Assembly: GCA_050084515.1 (NCBI GenBank)
Contig: CM114271.1
Span: 15,314,001 to 15,378,000 of the forward strand
Length of the DNA: 64,000 bases
Source: Blasia pusilla
Lineage: Eukaryota
Direction: 5' to 3'
Shown here: positions 48,435 to 62,600 of the stretch, piece after piece
Layout: each line of letters begins with the position of its first letter
Numbering within the stretch: position 1 is the first letter of the stretch
The notes under the pieces: model-generated
Database searches by the model: none
Told to the model about the DNA's origin: nothing
The model's input: only the letters and a program-made list of their open reading frames with translations
Made by a program: the position numbers and the translations under genes

Positions 48435-50108
48435 GCGGTAGATGTTGTAGAGCTCATGAGCACTCGTCGTGACAAAGCCGATGTCTAGAGGTAGAACCGA
48501 ACGGGCCCTCAAGCAATACTCGGTTACGGCGATCTGCAGACCTCTCACATACGTACACGACTGACTATGAGCGCGTCGCGTAATTGTGTCTTATTGACTG
48601 CCAGTCTTTACGAAAGTTCAATTTCTCCAGATCCGCATTTCGCCGCTTTGTAGACGGCAGCAAGGATGATATGAGTTGCAGCGGTTTCACAGCACACGAA
48701 AGGGAAAAGGCGATCACTATTTAGAAGATCCATGAAGAGACGGGAGGAGGAGGAGGAGGAGGAGATGATGAACTCTCGGTGTGAAGCTAGACAGCGAATA
48801 CCAATAATATACGCGGATCATGTGTAATGACTTCTTACCGTCCCCAGTAACGGGGAATTTCATTGGTTAGTGGATATGGCGGGGACGACCACCAGCAGTG
48901 GGAACCTCTGATGCAATGTTCTTGAATGCGAATATGCGCCTTGGAAAGTAATCTCGGAAATGGCAGACATATGCGAATCTCCTTTCCTCGGACCGTACTA
49001 TTGAGCATTTCGAGTGCTTCTGAATCGTTTCCTGCACTTCCATGAAAATGGCATGAATCCGTCTTCCAGTTCACGGTTCATTTTTCAAGTTCCTGAATGT
49101 CCATACAACGCTAATTATGCCCCTTAATTATGTGCCCTACAGCAGTACCTCTGGTTCTTAACGAAAAGATGACAACGAGGACCGGCTGTTTTCCTAGACT
49201 TGTGTTTTCAGTCGGCGGATCCAAGAGCGTAGGTACAGACTGTCAGAAACATAAAGTTCTCAGCGACAAGGATGAAATAAAAGTATCGCATGCACGACTG
49301 CGCTACATGAAATCTAAAAGCGTCTGGTCGAGAGTTAAGTGTCATCTCCTTGACGTTTCTTCGTTGTCTGAAGGCTGGCTTCCTTAGAATGAATCTATAA
49401 AGAGTTCCGCTGACCAATGGCACCCACGGACATTAATCGCACCGGATCCTTTGATCCAAACAGGCAAGATGTGGAGAGCATAGGCTGAAATTGAACTCAA
49501 AAGCACTCTCTGTATTCCTGAATCGCCGGCGAAGCACTCTCCCTACTTCATTGGCGTGAACCGATGACTTCAGAGATCCAAGTGGTTGACAACAGAAAAG
49601 CAGGTATGTGTGACTCTCAAGGTATGGTATCGTTTCCTTCGCGAGGAAATTATGATCATAAACGGGTTCCCGGTTCGGAGTTTCAACATTATTCCTCCAC
49701 GACCAGTTGATATAAGAGTTTGGAAAACTCAATTTATAGGCCCGGTTCTCCTCCTGGCTCTCCGGAAAGTTCATCTCGATACTACTTGGTCTGGAAGAAA
49801 ACTCAGGAAAATCTTGTAGAATGCCGTGTGTAGGCGAGCTACGAGGACTAAAGGGATACTGGGAATCCTTGGAGAAGTCCGTTCTAAATCAGTGGCTGCA
49901 GCGCTGGACGGGATGATATCCTGGACAATGACTGCCGACCCGAGTGCGTTGGTGTACGCTCCAGGAGTGAGTCAAGTGCTTGGACAATCCGTAAAGGACC
50001 AAAGATAATGTACGAGACGGAATATGTGGAACCAAAATCTGGGCCTCTCACTTGGAATGTTTGATTAGGAGCATGGAGGAAGAAAGCAATAATACGAGTT
50101 CGGAGACT

Positions 50109-53100
50109 TCATCTCTTCTTCTTGTCCCCTCCTGCAGCTTTACTCTTTTTCTTTCCACCAGCTGCCTTCTCTTTCTTTTCATTACCGGCAGCTTTCTTTT
50201 TACCACCTTTTTTCTTCTTACCACCTTTCTTGCCTCCCTGCACCACACCCAAAAAATTGGAGAAGGTCAAGATCAACTTTGCCCCAATCCGTGGGATTCT
50301 AAATAAGGGAAAAGGCGATCAGCCCTGCCTCTTTTGAGACTGGCTTTGGGCGGACAACGGACCGAAATCCCACCAAAAGCTATTTGAAGTTTTGCCAATG
50401 CATCATGGCATTATCTGTTTTGTTGTTGCGGTGCCTATGTGAAAAGAAACCCAATAGAAGATCAGATACCGCACACTCTAAACAATTCAATGGGATAGAC
50501 ATATTTGAAGGGCCTGAGTGACTTGGCACACTGAGGAGACTTGTACACAGCGAAAAACAAATCCTTCGTGAGATCTATTCTATATTAAAATAAAAAGGCA
50601 ATCGCATTTGAGTCTAGTACCTAGAAACAGTCGATGGACCCACTCAAGAGATCAATTTCAGGTCCCAAACACTGAAGATTCGAATAGAAGAACCTGAAGT
50701 TCACCAACTTCTCGACGTGATGCTTGCACTAGAACACTTTTTCTTTTTTATGCTCGTAGTAGCCATCCCCAGATCCATTACTTTCCAGAGCACTACTGAA
50801 GGACAGGAGACCACATAACTCTAGGAATCCCCTCTGCCTCGAGCAAATGTGGGTTCGGTCCCGGTCCATCTTCAGAATAAAGGGAGCAACTTGACACCGA
50901 CCTATAAATCAAAACACATTCTTGCTGCTCTTTGCAAACAGCAAAGAGCAGCACGAACCTGTTTCAAAAATACATCTGTGATTTTAACCCTCCTCAATGA
51001 TGCCTACGCCCTTCAGCACAAGTAGCATTTTCATTGCGGTAACGCAGTCTGGTCAACGGGGTCCTCCGAGAATGACACAGAGTCTAACTTTACATCAAAT
51101 CGTCCACAAGAAACGGCTGCGCACACCAAACTTTTGAGAGATTCCTGGTTTACTAATGAGGAGCCTTTTCAGGCTGTGAGGAGGTTGAACGCTCGCGTGA
51201 ACTATTTGTTGAGCCGACTTCAAGATTTCATTTTCTCCATGTAGAGATTTTTGGAAATTCCTCGAGATACTGTAAGATAAATAACTTGCAATCTTGGAAA
51301 GATCTACTTTAAACCCTGAACTCTACATCCTCTACCTACTCTCCTCCATAATTTCTGTTCCATACTCGCGGGATACGGTAGTTTGTTAATGACAACGCGC
51401 GAGCGATTCACCCGACTCGCAGCCAGAGGGTGGCATGCACTCCATGGCGCAGTCTATTGTGTCTCTGTCTGCCTGTCCATCTGCCTGTCCATCCAGTCAT
51501 GCATGATGCACGGGACCACAAGGATCTAACAACTACTCGGATTCGCACTTTTCTTCGTCACATGCGAGAGACTGTCGATGGCAGATTTGGCGAAGGGGCC
51601 ACCACCAGTTGGATAGCAAAATGCTGCCCACCAGGTCGGTTGCCAGCGCCGAGGCACGTGCTGACAACCATCGACATGCCAAATTGGCCCATCAAAAAAC
51701 TGAGAACAGTTGGACTGGTGGATTGGGGGAAGACCCATGAATCCTGCCATGGGAGTACACTGCTGGGGCTACGCCTTCGGATGCTCAGTAATAAACTGTT
51801 AACTCCACCATCCTACCGGGGCAATTCAGGTATACTGTGCGCAGAGTTCTCGACCCTGAACCTCTTTGGTGCAAATGTATACACTCGCAGTGTCACTCAC
51901 TGAGTTTTTCAACTTTTCCAAATTTAAACGAGACTGGAAGAGAGGAGAAGGGTTAAGTCGTGACTTTTCTTGAGTCACGACATAGATGACAGTGGCAAAG
52001 AATTTGTACCTTTTTCTTTAGCTTGGCAAGATGAGCCTTATGCTTCCGCCAGGCACGCTGAATTTTGCGAGCAGCATGATAGGGGACTTTTCGCTCCAAG
52101 AATTTATTCTGCATAAGATCGTCGCAAAGTAGAATGATTGATGGTGCCCATTTGGATCTGAGCTCTTCACAGGCCACAAAAGTACTCGGGAGAAGTTTCA
52201 ATTCGGTAGATATCACCTACCAGTCTTGAAAACAGGACTAAGAGACTGTACTCATTAAGTAGTGCCTGTCGTAGCCTTGCGACCATAGACCCCGCGCCCT
52301 GGAGAAAACAGGACTAAGAGAGAAGTATAGCAACGATGACTTGAAGAGGATAAGTAAACAGCTGAACGAGTGCACTCACACATCTTCTCTCCCACGCAAT
52401 CCTCTCCTCCTCTGCCTTGACAAACGCCTGCGCGTCCAGTTTTTCGAATTCGGGGATTAATAAAGTATAGGGTGTAAATGACAGGACACACAAAGTGAGC
52501 CAACTGATAATCGGTTCATCAGAATAAAGAGTTTCTTGGCTGTACATCAAACCTAGCTTAAATCTACCTCTGTGCAGAGAAATGGTCGATTCTACAGAAT
52601 ATCACAGGAATATGTACCAGACGTGCTTTCTCGTCAAAATAACCCTGATACAGACTGATTCTAGCCTTCATGTCTCTGTGGTCTTCCTGCAAAACCAAGG
52701 AAGACTTCTTTCCCATTAAGATTAATAATTCAACATGTTCTTTTTCAAAAAGAATTCCTCGATTGAGGCTCTTGGATACTACTAATCAAGTTGAACAATA
52801 AATAGTGCCTACTCCTGTCTGAATTTAGTGAGAGAAATCTCTCACTAAATTCATATTGAAGGATTCCTCTTGATCTCTGGAAAGTGAGCAGCGAGGATTG
52901 GGGGTAGAGCGGTATCTCGCTCGAGAACTTTCAGAACAGTGTATTTCACTATTTCAGTCCGTAAAGAACCCTGGCTACGATGAGCAGTTTCTAGTTCTAG
53001 TGTTCTACGAGACTCGCAGAAAGTATTGACCATCACGCTTCTCACGGAGACCTATCATCAAGCCGCATGAATGCCTATGAATAAGACCGTAGTAGTCACG

Positions 53101-56100
53101 CGTAGTGCACTGAGATCCGAGACTTCCACAAATCTCAGAGGAAATTACGAGGAAGCAGATCTCTTGGTGAAATTCCCCAAGTGACTACGAGAAAAACTGG
53201 CAGTAGTCGATTTTTTACTTACAGATAGCAGATCAAGCTCAGCCTTCCGAGAGAGAATGCCCTGATCGTATTCGTCAAGCAAAGCTTGCACCTCTTCCAC
53301 ACTTTGGCCTTTCTTCCCCCTGAGAGATAATTCTCTATCCAGATTGTCATTCTGGGGGAGCGAATCGACTTCAGACAACCTGTTAGTCTCCACCTTTGAG
53401 ATCTAATCCTGTCACAACGACAACTGAAGGACAAGGAAAGAATGGTCAAAACTCTGCACGATCAGGGTCCAGAATTATCAACTTTCTGAATGACAAGTAC
53501 CTGCATCTTTACGAGCGTGGTACTCATACTCAAATTTTGCTCGGACAGCTTTGATTCCTGCACATTACCATCTCAACAAGGTCACCAGCTGGAGCTAAGT
53601 AAATTGCTCAGTTTGGAAATTGATACTGCAGCTCTCAGTTGAATGGCAGGGGAATCCTATGGTTAAAAGTATTCTTCTCTCTGCACAGTTCACTTAGTTG
53701 TAAGGTCGATGGTTTGGTGAAAAGGTTCCTGCTGAAACCTGGGTGCTCCGCGTTAAGAGTTTATCACAGAATCTATCACGACTCATTTTTTGGCGAAATG
53801 CGAGTAGAAGAGGACGGGAAAACCTATTATGAGTACAAAAGGGGCGATTCAAAGAGCCGATGAACTCCGAGGCCATACCACCGAGGGAGGAGAAAGGTGG
53901 GAACCCCCTAAAACCTAACTTCACCAACAGCGGAAGAAATGAGAGGAGACACTCATCGAGCACACTCTCCCTCCCAATTCTTGTGCACTCATCTGTCATG
54001 CTCACCTTCCAACCAAGTCGCAGGGTCTAGGTCAAAAGGCTCCGACATGCAAATGTCGTATCAACAGCTTCGTCGGAAATGTTAGCAAAGATACCTTAGA
54101 CACTGACAAAGATCCACATAATATACAGCACTTTGCAACCACCATCATCACTGCTGCAGGTATGATAATTAAGGACACCATTAGGAACAGAGACTTTGTC
54201 TGAGACATAGACTCTTCATTCCCAAATGGTACAGAAAGGAAGCTTGTCCTGACAGAGAAAGGGAAATGTTTCAACTGACCTCAGCACTGAAGGACTTGTA
54301 CTCTTGTTCCGCAAGAGCATCACAATCAGCCTTGAGTTGCTTCTCCAACGCTAACCTCTGCGCATTCGAGTTATCTTTATCCTCTGCAACCATAAGCTTT
54401 ATGGGTAGGTTAACAAGGAATTGTTACAATGAGCTCTCGATGATGGGCTGTCTTGCTTTATGGTAATATTTCTGAGTCAAAAAAGAAATGTCCTAGGGAT
54501 CTTGAAGGCGTTTACTGATCGTAGATGTTCAGTTCTGACGTATGATTCGTATTACAGTTGAGATTGTGTCACTTGTAGAGGTGCTATATCCCACTGCCCT
54601 TAATATTCCTAATCTGAATCAACAGTCACAGGTGTGAGAAGTTTCGAGATCCTTGGAAAGAAACAACAGTAAAGTCCATCTTTGCAAAACAACCTAGTGT
54701 TCAAGGACTAAGGATTCTGACACAGATCAGAATGTGGACGGTACGTTGAATCTTCCTCTCTGCTTCTTGATACTCAGTGTACTGTTCAGCACGCAATTTG
54801 CGGTCTGACTCCAACTGTTGCTCCAGTGCTTCATGCTCCTTCATTGCCTGTATATGTCCTTCAGAGTAAGTGGATCTCACATTGACTTCAGATATGAAAT
54901 ATTAACTCAGCTAGAACGTCTCCTTTACAAGAGATAAGGACCATTGGTATATGGACTCTCAGGGCACCATCTGCAGAGGATCTGACGAACACGAATCTTG
55001 GTTGGACTGCAAAGTTGACCAAACCACAAGAAACGAAGCAACCATAAAGAGTTACAGAAAGGTATGTCGTACAGCTCCCACACGGCACCTTCCCTGTACT
55101 GACTTTCACGAATGAGTTAACAATCCTGAATTTCAGTGGAGAAAAAGATAGAACAAAACCTCAAGCAAATTACTGGCTTTTCAATACCCGCGAGAATGTA
55201 GCGCTATCTTGCACAAGCAATCAGCAATGTCAAAAAAGTTATTGTGACAACCTTCTCTTCACGATGGTAAAGTTCTTTGCGATAATCTTCAATTGATTCC
55301 TCCTCCTCCACTGAGGTACCCAACCTCTTCAACACCAAGACTCTGAACTGCAACAAGAAATCAGAAATGGCGAACACTGAGATAGAATTGCATCAAGACT
55401 CTCCAGCTTGATCTACAATAACTTATGCCAAAAAAGTAGCTTCTTCTAGTCCTTTGTCTCTTGTTGGAAACAAATCCTATGATAAAATTTCGACAGACGA
55501 AGTAACATAGGAGAGAAACTTGAGAGACGTAAGAGCTAATTACAACTGACGAGATCCTGGATGGTATCGCATATCTATAGGAAACGTTGATTCCGACTTG
55601 GTAGGTATCGTATAAATGTTGGGTCTATTCCTTACTCGTCATGTGTCTGCATATTGTTGTAGATCACATGGGAAGCAAGACTGCATTTCTTATTTTTTAA
55701 GAGTGGGTTTGTAATCGCCGATATGCATGTACAAGACAAGTTCTGCGTTGCTGTTTCTCACTGGTGTATCCACTCATTTCAAGCCATACAGCATGTGCAG
55801 GTCTTTCAGAAGCCAAAAACATTAGGCTTGCAAGTGAGTGACGGTCCAGCACATTCAACTCACCCCAGTCCTTAACTCTTCAAATACAGTAGGGGCGGGA
55901 TTAACCTACTTAGGGCCCAGAGCTACAAACAACTGAATCCTTTGCCACTGAGAGTAGAGAATATTGAACTCACCTGAGTCTCTAATACGTTAAGACAGTT
56001 AAAGTGGGATTAAACTACGTAGCTTACCTGGAGAGTATCTGGATGAACTTCTATGTATCCAACCTACAGGTACTATAAACCATATTGGAACATTGTCGAC

Positions 56101-58357
56101 TCATTATATTTCAGTTTAAAGAGATCCAATTTGGCGCGCACACCATCTGTCAACTATACCCATTCCAGAGACAATGATCAGTTCTCCATTAAAATTATAC
56201 CTTCTGAAATGCCTTGAAAAATGATCTTCCTGAACCAGATTGCTTCACCCCCACGCCCATGAGTATATCCGCAGTCTCCTTGAACCTCTGAAAGAACCCA
56301 AAAATGAGATAGATGAGCATTGACAGGTGGTTTGTTACACACAACATTATGCACATGATAAGAAGCTGACATGTCAAGTGACCTGAGCTGTGATACATAA
56401 GAACAGTACCTGCTCATGCCTCTCTGGCAGTTTTTACGAGTTCCAGGACTAGATACAGGTGAGGACTCCACAACAGCAATCAAGACACCGAGAAGACACC
56501 ACATACACTGAAAAGACGACCCAGAAGCCACGCAGACCAGCTCAATTGTTCCTCAGCTTCCGATAAAGCCTCGGGCTCTCCAGTTAAGACTGCATGCTCC
56601 CAGTTGAAAAGGAGCTCTACATGATCTCTTAAAGCATCCCAAACTTCCTGCAAAAGAACGATATATTGGTGAGAGATGGTCATTTAAATGAGTGTTGCCC
56701 CTCGCACAACACTAACGCTGACAAACTGATGAAGCATTCAACTGCAACACTGACGGCCAGATGGAGAATTCAACCCTCCTCTTTCCCCCCAAAACCTGAC
56801 TCGCAGCTCGTCGAGATCTTGTAAGTTCTCTGGATACGAAAACTTCGTATCGATGGTCCCTTCGCTATCAGGACCTACAGTTATCATACTTCTATTACAT
56901 GCATCCTTGTAGATATTGATAGTACCCCTAAACCTTTATCTGGTAGTCTTCCTTTTGGAAATAATATCACATCAGATGCTATTATTCAGAGCTCTCTAGC
57001 AACTATCGGTTTATATGAACCTGGATGTCACGGAGATTGTGGGAGAATACATGTAACTAGGCATAAAGTTACATTCCTGCACCCCTTGGCAACTCCAGGC
57101 AGTGAAAGTAGAGGTAATGCAGGTCTGAGGTCTTGTCAATAGAACTATACAACACTTATATTTGTACCAGGTGGAATGTTCATCAAGAGGTATGGGAAAA
57201 AGTAACCATTTGGCTGGGCACAAAGGGATGAGGGTGAGAGACAGTACTGGACTTTCATAAATGTTGAAAGATTAATTGAACAGGTTCCTGACCTTCCTGC
57301 ACCTAGGTCCAGGAAGCTTCGGTAGCTCTGGCCATATTCAGATGGTGCTCCTCCGAATTTGTGCTGGAAAACGGAATGTTTTCAAGAACAAACAGTGAAA
57401 ACAGACTATATAGGCCTTGCACTTCCAGAAACCTTGACGATGAAAAGCACTATCTTTTCAATTTCTGCTTCCATTTGGAAATTAAAAGGGACTTCCCTGG
57501 GCTCATCCAGGGCTCTGGTCTGAGTGTGAGGGTTTTCATGGCTACTGTGAATCAGATTGGCGTAGCCATGTTCCTTCATCGGGGTGTGCTCTCTAGAGCG
57601 GACTACTTCGAACAGCTGACTTCATGGCAAATTGTTCTTCTTTCTGGCTGGCTCTGGTTTGCATTGTTACTTTCAATTTCGCACTTTGCTGTCCTACGGT
57701 CCTCGTGGGTTCTGGTGGTAAGTGGCCTTCATCCATTCATTTTTACAAATTCATGCAATTAGGGTCATGTATGCCTTAAAGGTTTGGGTTGACGTACAGG
57801 GTTCACTTTCTCTTTAAATTGTTTTGATGCTTCCAATTTAGCAGGATCTGAGATCCTCTTCTCAAGCAAGCTTAGGGCGTCATCGGTCACCAAACTCAAG
57901 CCCCTGCATGATCAATTGCGTACGGGTGAGCTGCCGAGTATAGCTTACCTAGCAGGACTAACATTTAGGATCTATCTTCCAGAGGTCCTGATTGGTTGTC
58001 ATACTGAAATCTTGTAGATCAATAAGGGAAGAAAATTCACCACAACATCTGCAATGCCTCGTCGATCAGCATCAGCAGTGCACTACAATATATGACGGGA
58101 GGATCTCTGCGGACAATATCTTCGAAATCGTCGGGAAGTTTTGGCTCCATCTCAACATTCTGCTCCTCCACCACCTCCTCAACGAAATCCTCAGCGGTCC
58201 TTTCATATTGCCCATACTTCGGGAAAAAGAACGGCAAAGGGAAGACCCTGGCGCTCTTAGTGCCATCTTTGTTACTCCTCCTCCTGCCCTGATCGTTGGT
58301 ACTGATCTTCCTTTCCTGATCTCTGGTACTAATCTTCCTTACCGGGTCCTTACTCAT
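50109..58357 (-). CDS. DRC10: Multi-exon gene, dynein regulatory complex subunit 10 (IQCD)-like coiled-coil IQ protein
   Basis: Frame-consistent GT-AG exons: 58357-58041 (..LLMLIDEALQMLW), 57903-about 57798, internal coiled-coil exons (EHEALEQQLESDRK; LEKQLKADCDALAEQEY; DNLDRELSLRGKK..EEVQALLDEYD; EEERIAWERR), IQ exon 52108-52010 (HAARKIQRAWRKHK) and a Lys/Gly-rich last exon 50237-50109. Distinction from DRC9/IQCG is from memory of the family, and some internal boundaries are uncertain. Confidence 0.7.
57300..57610 (+). mobile_element. 3' fragment of a non-LTR retrotransposon ORF2, antisense inside an intron
   Basis: VLENG..SR..SENRLYRPC...DDEKHYLF.F..HLEIKRDF resembles a decayed C-terminal CCHC zinc finger of LINE ORF2. 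Confidence 0.5.
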
Positions 58358-58599
58358 CGCTCTTCCCTCTTGTCGGTATCTCGAAACAAATCGAAGTTCC
58401 GTTTGGCCCACTTATTTCGAATCCTTGAAACTCCGAGCCCCTTCTGTCCTGTGTGTGACTCTCAAGCATAACCTACTTTCAGTACGCTCTGGTGCCATCT
58501 GCTACCACAACGAATGCGTCAACTGTTCCAGAAGAGAAAAGTCCATTCTTTTTGGTTCCCAACAGAAAGAAAAACCCTTGCTTCTGTCCTCCATTACCA

Positions 58600-59300
58600 G
58601 TCCACACAGTTCATATACTGCAGTTGAAAGAGGCATTAGCTGGCCCCTTTTAACTAGTTAATAATTGGGACCTCACTAATTAGGCCCAATTAAAGTGGAC
58701 ACAGGTCGCGTTTCGCCGCCCGAAAGCGGTATTAGCCTGCCTCTGTCAACATCGTTTAATCGACTCTGAAGTCGACCCGAGCAGGAGTAATTGTGCCGCG
58801 GGAGGCACAGGATCTTCCAGGTGGTGAGTGCTTCAGCATCCTGTGATAGTGAATCTGAAAGCGAAAACCTTCCTTGCTGAAGTGCAAGAAACCGCTGCAA
58901 ACGATGCTGCGGTGTAGACTGCGATCGGGTATCCTGGAGAATATGAGAGATCCAGCTTACGAAACGGATGCATGACCCTGAGTGCAGTGGAATGCTTTGG
59001 TAGGTTTCTACCTTCCCCGTCTCTCTATGAGTCAAACAATTCGCTGAGAGTTGTCAATCGCATTGGTCTTGCATTCCAGATCCTGGCTCTCTTTAAACTT
59101 GAGGATTGCTAACTTTTATAAGCCCAATCCAGCTTTACCATTGGGCTCAACTTAGATAGCTAGTATAGTGCTTTGAGCCGCCCCAATGAGGTCCCTTCCA
59201 GAATCGACCCGTCCGTACCGTCCGTCGGCAGGGAAAGTCAGAAATGGGTTCACATACGTTGATTTTTTTTTAAATTCCAAAATTCATTCCCCAAACTAAA
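58600..59300. promoter_or_regulatory. Probable shared divergent promoter region
   Basis: About 1.25 kb between two outward-facing start codons, with site-II-like GCCCA/TGGGC motifs (about 58683, 59121, 59142). Confidence 0.4.
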
Positions 59301-59604
59301 CATCAAGTAACCATACATTTGTTACCCCATATACTTTTAGTATTGGAGCATAAATGTAATTCGCAGTATTATATATCAAGTCAGCGGTTAGCCTCCCAAT
59401 GCTGATATGTCCACAAAATGTGAGGTAGAAATCGTGAAATTGGAATCGAAGATTGACACGGAACGTTAATCTTCGATCTTCAGTATGTACGTCTTGACTA
59501 GCTAATAGTCATCGATCGAGATATCAGCATTCAGCTGCCCTACACATAATTAGCTTTGTGCTAAGTCCGTGATTTCTTACGTATGATGGTTGCTTGTTCC
59601 AGGG

Positions 59605-62600
59605 ATGGCCTCAATTTTCACGAAATATGCCGTCTTGGGCGTGGTCGGACTTCTACTGCAAATCATGGGTCTCCTACTCTTTGTATTGGGATTCTTCCCT
59701 GTCAAGCCTGCCTTAGACGGTGTGAGGTATGTTGTGTCATTCGCACGCATTTGAATTCTAGGCATAGCGAAACTTTCTTTTGTGCACATGAGAATGACTA
59801 TCTGACATCTCTCATGCTTTGAATGGCTTATACGCTTACGAGATGAAACCCCGAATCAGGATAACAGTTTGAGTCAATGAATGAGTTTGTGCACTGTCCA
59901 CGGGGATCCCAAGGATATAGGAAATGAACACTCTCGAGGCTTGAGGTGTATACACATCAAATCATAGCAAAGCAGTACCTGGAAATATATAGGAAGAACA
60001 GTGTTAGTTAGAACGTCAGTTTCTCTTATTATAGAGAAGAGGAGACCTTGCTGACATCGAAGAAGGTTGGAAATCAGTGGTTTACATAGTCAAGTACCCG
60101 GCTGCGAGATAGAAAACTTCGACAAACCTAACGGACAACTTCTAAATGCCAAACACAATATAAATGAGGTATGCCTGGTTGACTCGTGTGGTTTAATTTC
60201 TTCATGCAGATATTAGATTTCAACTACATCTGTATAGTATCTGCTTTTCTTGAAGTTGAAGTTTAGCATCGTTCATTGGTGATTTCACAGATTTAAGGCT
60301 GCTTCTTGACCAACTGTCAGGGTGCATCATGTCTAACAGGAAGATCTCGGGCTTCCCTCGCTATATGATCGCTTGGTATTCATGGTGCGTCGCTAATGAG
60401 TTCAGTTTGGCCTGTGTCTAAGAACTGTTGAAGTGGTTTCTTTTCAATACAACTGGAATACTCAATTTTGTGTTTCAGACACCTATGTCTGTAAAGTGTG
60501 GAGGTTTGCGGAGTCATGAGTTAAAAATCGTTGTGTCAATTTGTGTTGGATTTCTGTACTATTCTGATAGAAATTTCATAATTTCCTTATGATGTAAAAG
60601 AAATAATCAGGACATTCATCTTGCACCACTTGGCCCAAACAGGTTGTGGATGGTTTACCGGCCGAATTTGTACTTGGCAGAGATGAAGAGCCTCCAACAC
60701 AAGAGTTCATGGCGGCTATGTCTTATACTCAGAACCTTCTGGCCTCTGGCGTAGCTTTGGGATATCATGCAAAGGCAGCCCCACCAACTGTGACCATGCC
60801 TCGCCTGAAGGTCTATGGACCAAACACGACTCATCATATCTTTAGAGCTACTTATGGTCTGGCACTGGATGACCGACTGATACTCTCGCATGTGTGCTAC
60901 CATATCTTGAAGCTACTCATGTGTGGTACTGGACGACCTACAGGCTATGACTTCTGGAGCTATTGCTGGATTTCTTGACGTGGCGTACAACTTCAATACG
61001 CAGGCTTTACTAGAAGACAATTTGATTGGTAACGGTTTCGAGATGTAGGCTTCAGTTCGCAGACGTTCAAGTTTCTACACTGGGTCGAAATATCTTCTGA
61101 TTCTCGTCTGGTGAATACAACTCATAGCATGTGTGAGGAAAGGGCATACATGTTTATGCAAGAGCTAATCATGAAAATCATTGGGACTACACTTTTCCAA
61201 TCGTAGCAGGAACCTTACCATGTCATTTTTCCTGGATGAACGGCTAGGCCAGCTGGGACGAGCAGGGTGGAGGATGGTAATGCTTGGAGATGAAACCTGG
61301 CTACGGTTATTTCCAAACCAGTTTGAAAGACATGATGGAGTCAGCAGTTTTTATGTAAGGACTGTATTCAGCCCTTACCTCCACATCAGTAGTGCAAATG
61401 TCTTTTGGACTTTTTAAAAAGAGGTATCCAAGCTTTCCAGTGATGCCTACAATCCCTATGGTTTGAACCTGTCTTCAATGTCCGCATTTGGAGATACTCC
61501 AGAAAGCTATGCACTTACTTTTGCTTGTTCAAAATAGGACAGGTGAAGGACACAATAGAAGTTGACAATAATGTGACGCGTCATCTGGATTCGGAACTTA
61601 AGAAGGACGACTGGAATCTCTTGGTAAAAAGCTCGACCTAACCACCACAGTTCAGAACTTGTCGTAACCATATGGATGCCTTCTTAAGCTCTAGCCGGCA
61701 TAGGGACGTGATGAACCGTCTCCGTCTACAAGCTCCGAGCTGTCGCTGTATGAAGTGATTTCTGAGCTTCTCTTTCTATTATTGACTAAAAATTTGCCTG
61801 GCACTTTTTCTTGGCTATCTGCTTCCTAATCATTTCTCACGGGAACCTCAGGCTGTTAAATAGTGTCTCTTGTGTGTATCAGGTTCTCCACTATCTGGGT
61901 TTGGATCATGTTGGACATCTTGGTGGTCGTAGCAGGTGAAAACATGTTTGTCGCATTTTTCTTCTTGCCACCAGATTACTTTTCTGTTGATATTTTGCAC
62001 CCCTTTTTGTAACTTTCTGTGAATGTCTTCAAACAGGGTGGCAGTGAATAATCGTTCTCTTGTGACCTAAGTGAGTCTAGTATCCATAAAGAGTGCTATG
62101 CCATACTGCCACCTGACATGAAAGCTAGAAACTTATAAATTGTGAATAGTTGAGGTGATTTTATGTCGATGGGGACCCAAAAGGGCCTTGGGAGATCTTC
62201 TCAGAACCATGTATATGATCAGCCATCCTAACCGACTTCATCGGTTGATCTAAAATCTTAGGGAAATCAGTTTGGCCTGTAGAACTTTGACTAAAACCCC
62301 ACCCCTCGCATGTGTCCCAAGTCCACTTATGGCACCAAAGCTCAAGGAGATGGATACGGTGATCACGAGGATACACCAAACACTGCTTAGCGAGTCTCCC
62401 TCAGCTTCTCGGACTCTTTTGGTCAGTGGAAATGCATTCGCCGCCTGCGTCTTTATCATCATTTAGCTTGTCAAGCTTTGCTCGAGGAAGTCCTCAGTTC
62501 TGGATCTTGGAATTATTCACCTTGCTATGTCAGTTACTTGCTTGACCTACTCATAAGAAGAGATCCACTCAAATAATTTAATGCTCTATCTGTATGACAA

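Noticed and set aside
49433-49890. About 150-codon open frame downstream of the DRC10-like stop
   Set aside because: No recognisable homology; it could be 3' UTR or an alternative exon and cannot be supported without RNA data.
57992-58471. 159-aa plus-strand ORF
   Set aside because: Antisense shadow of the first DRC10-like exon.
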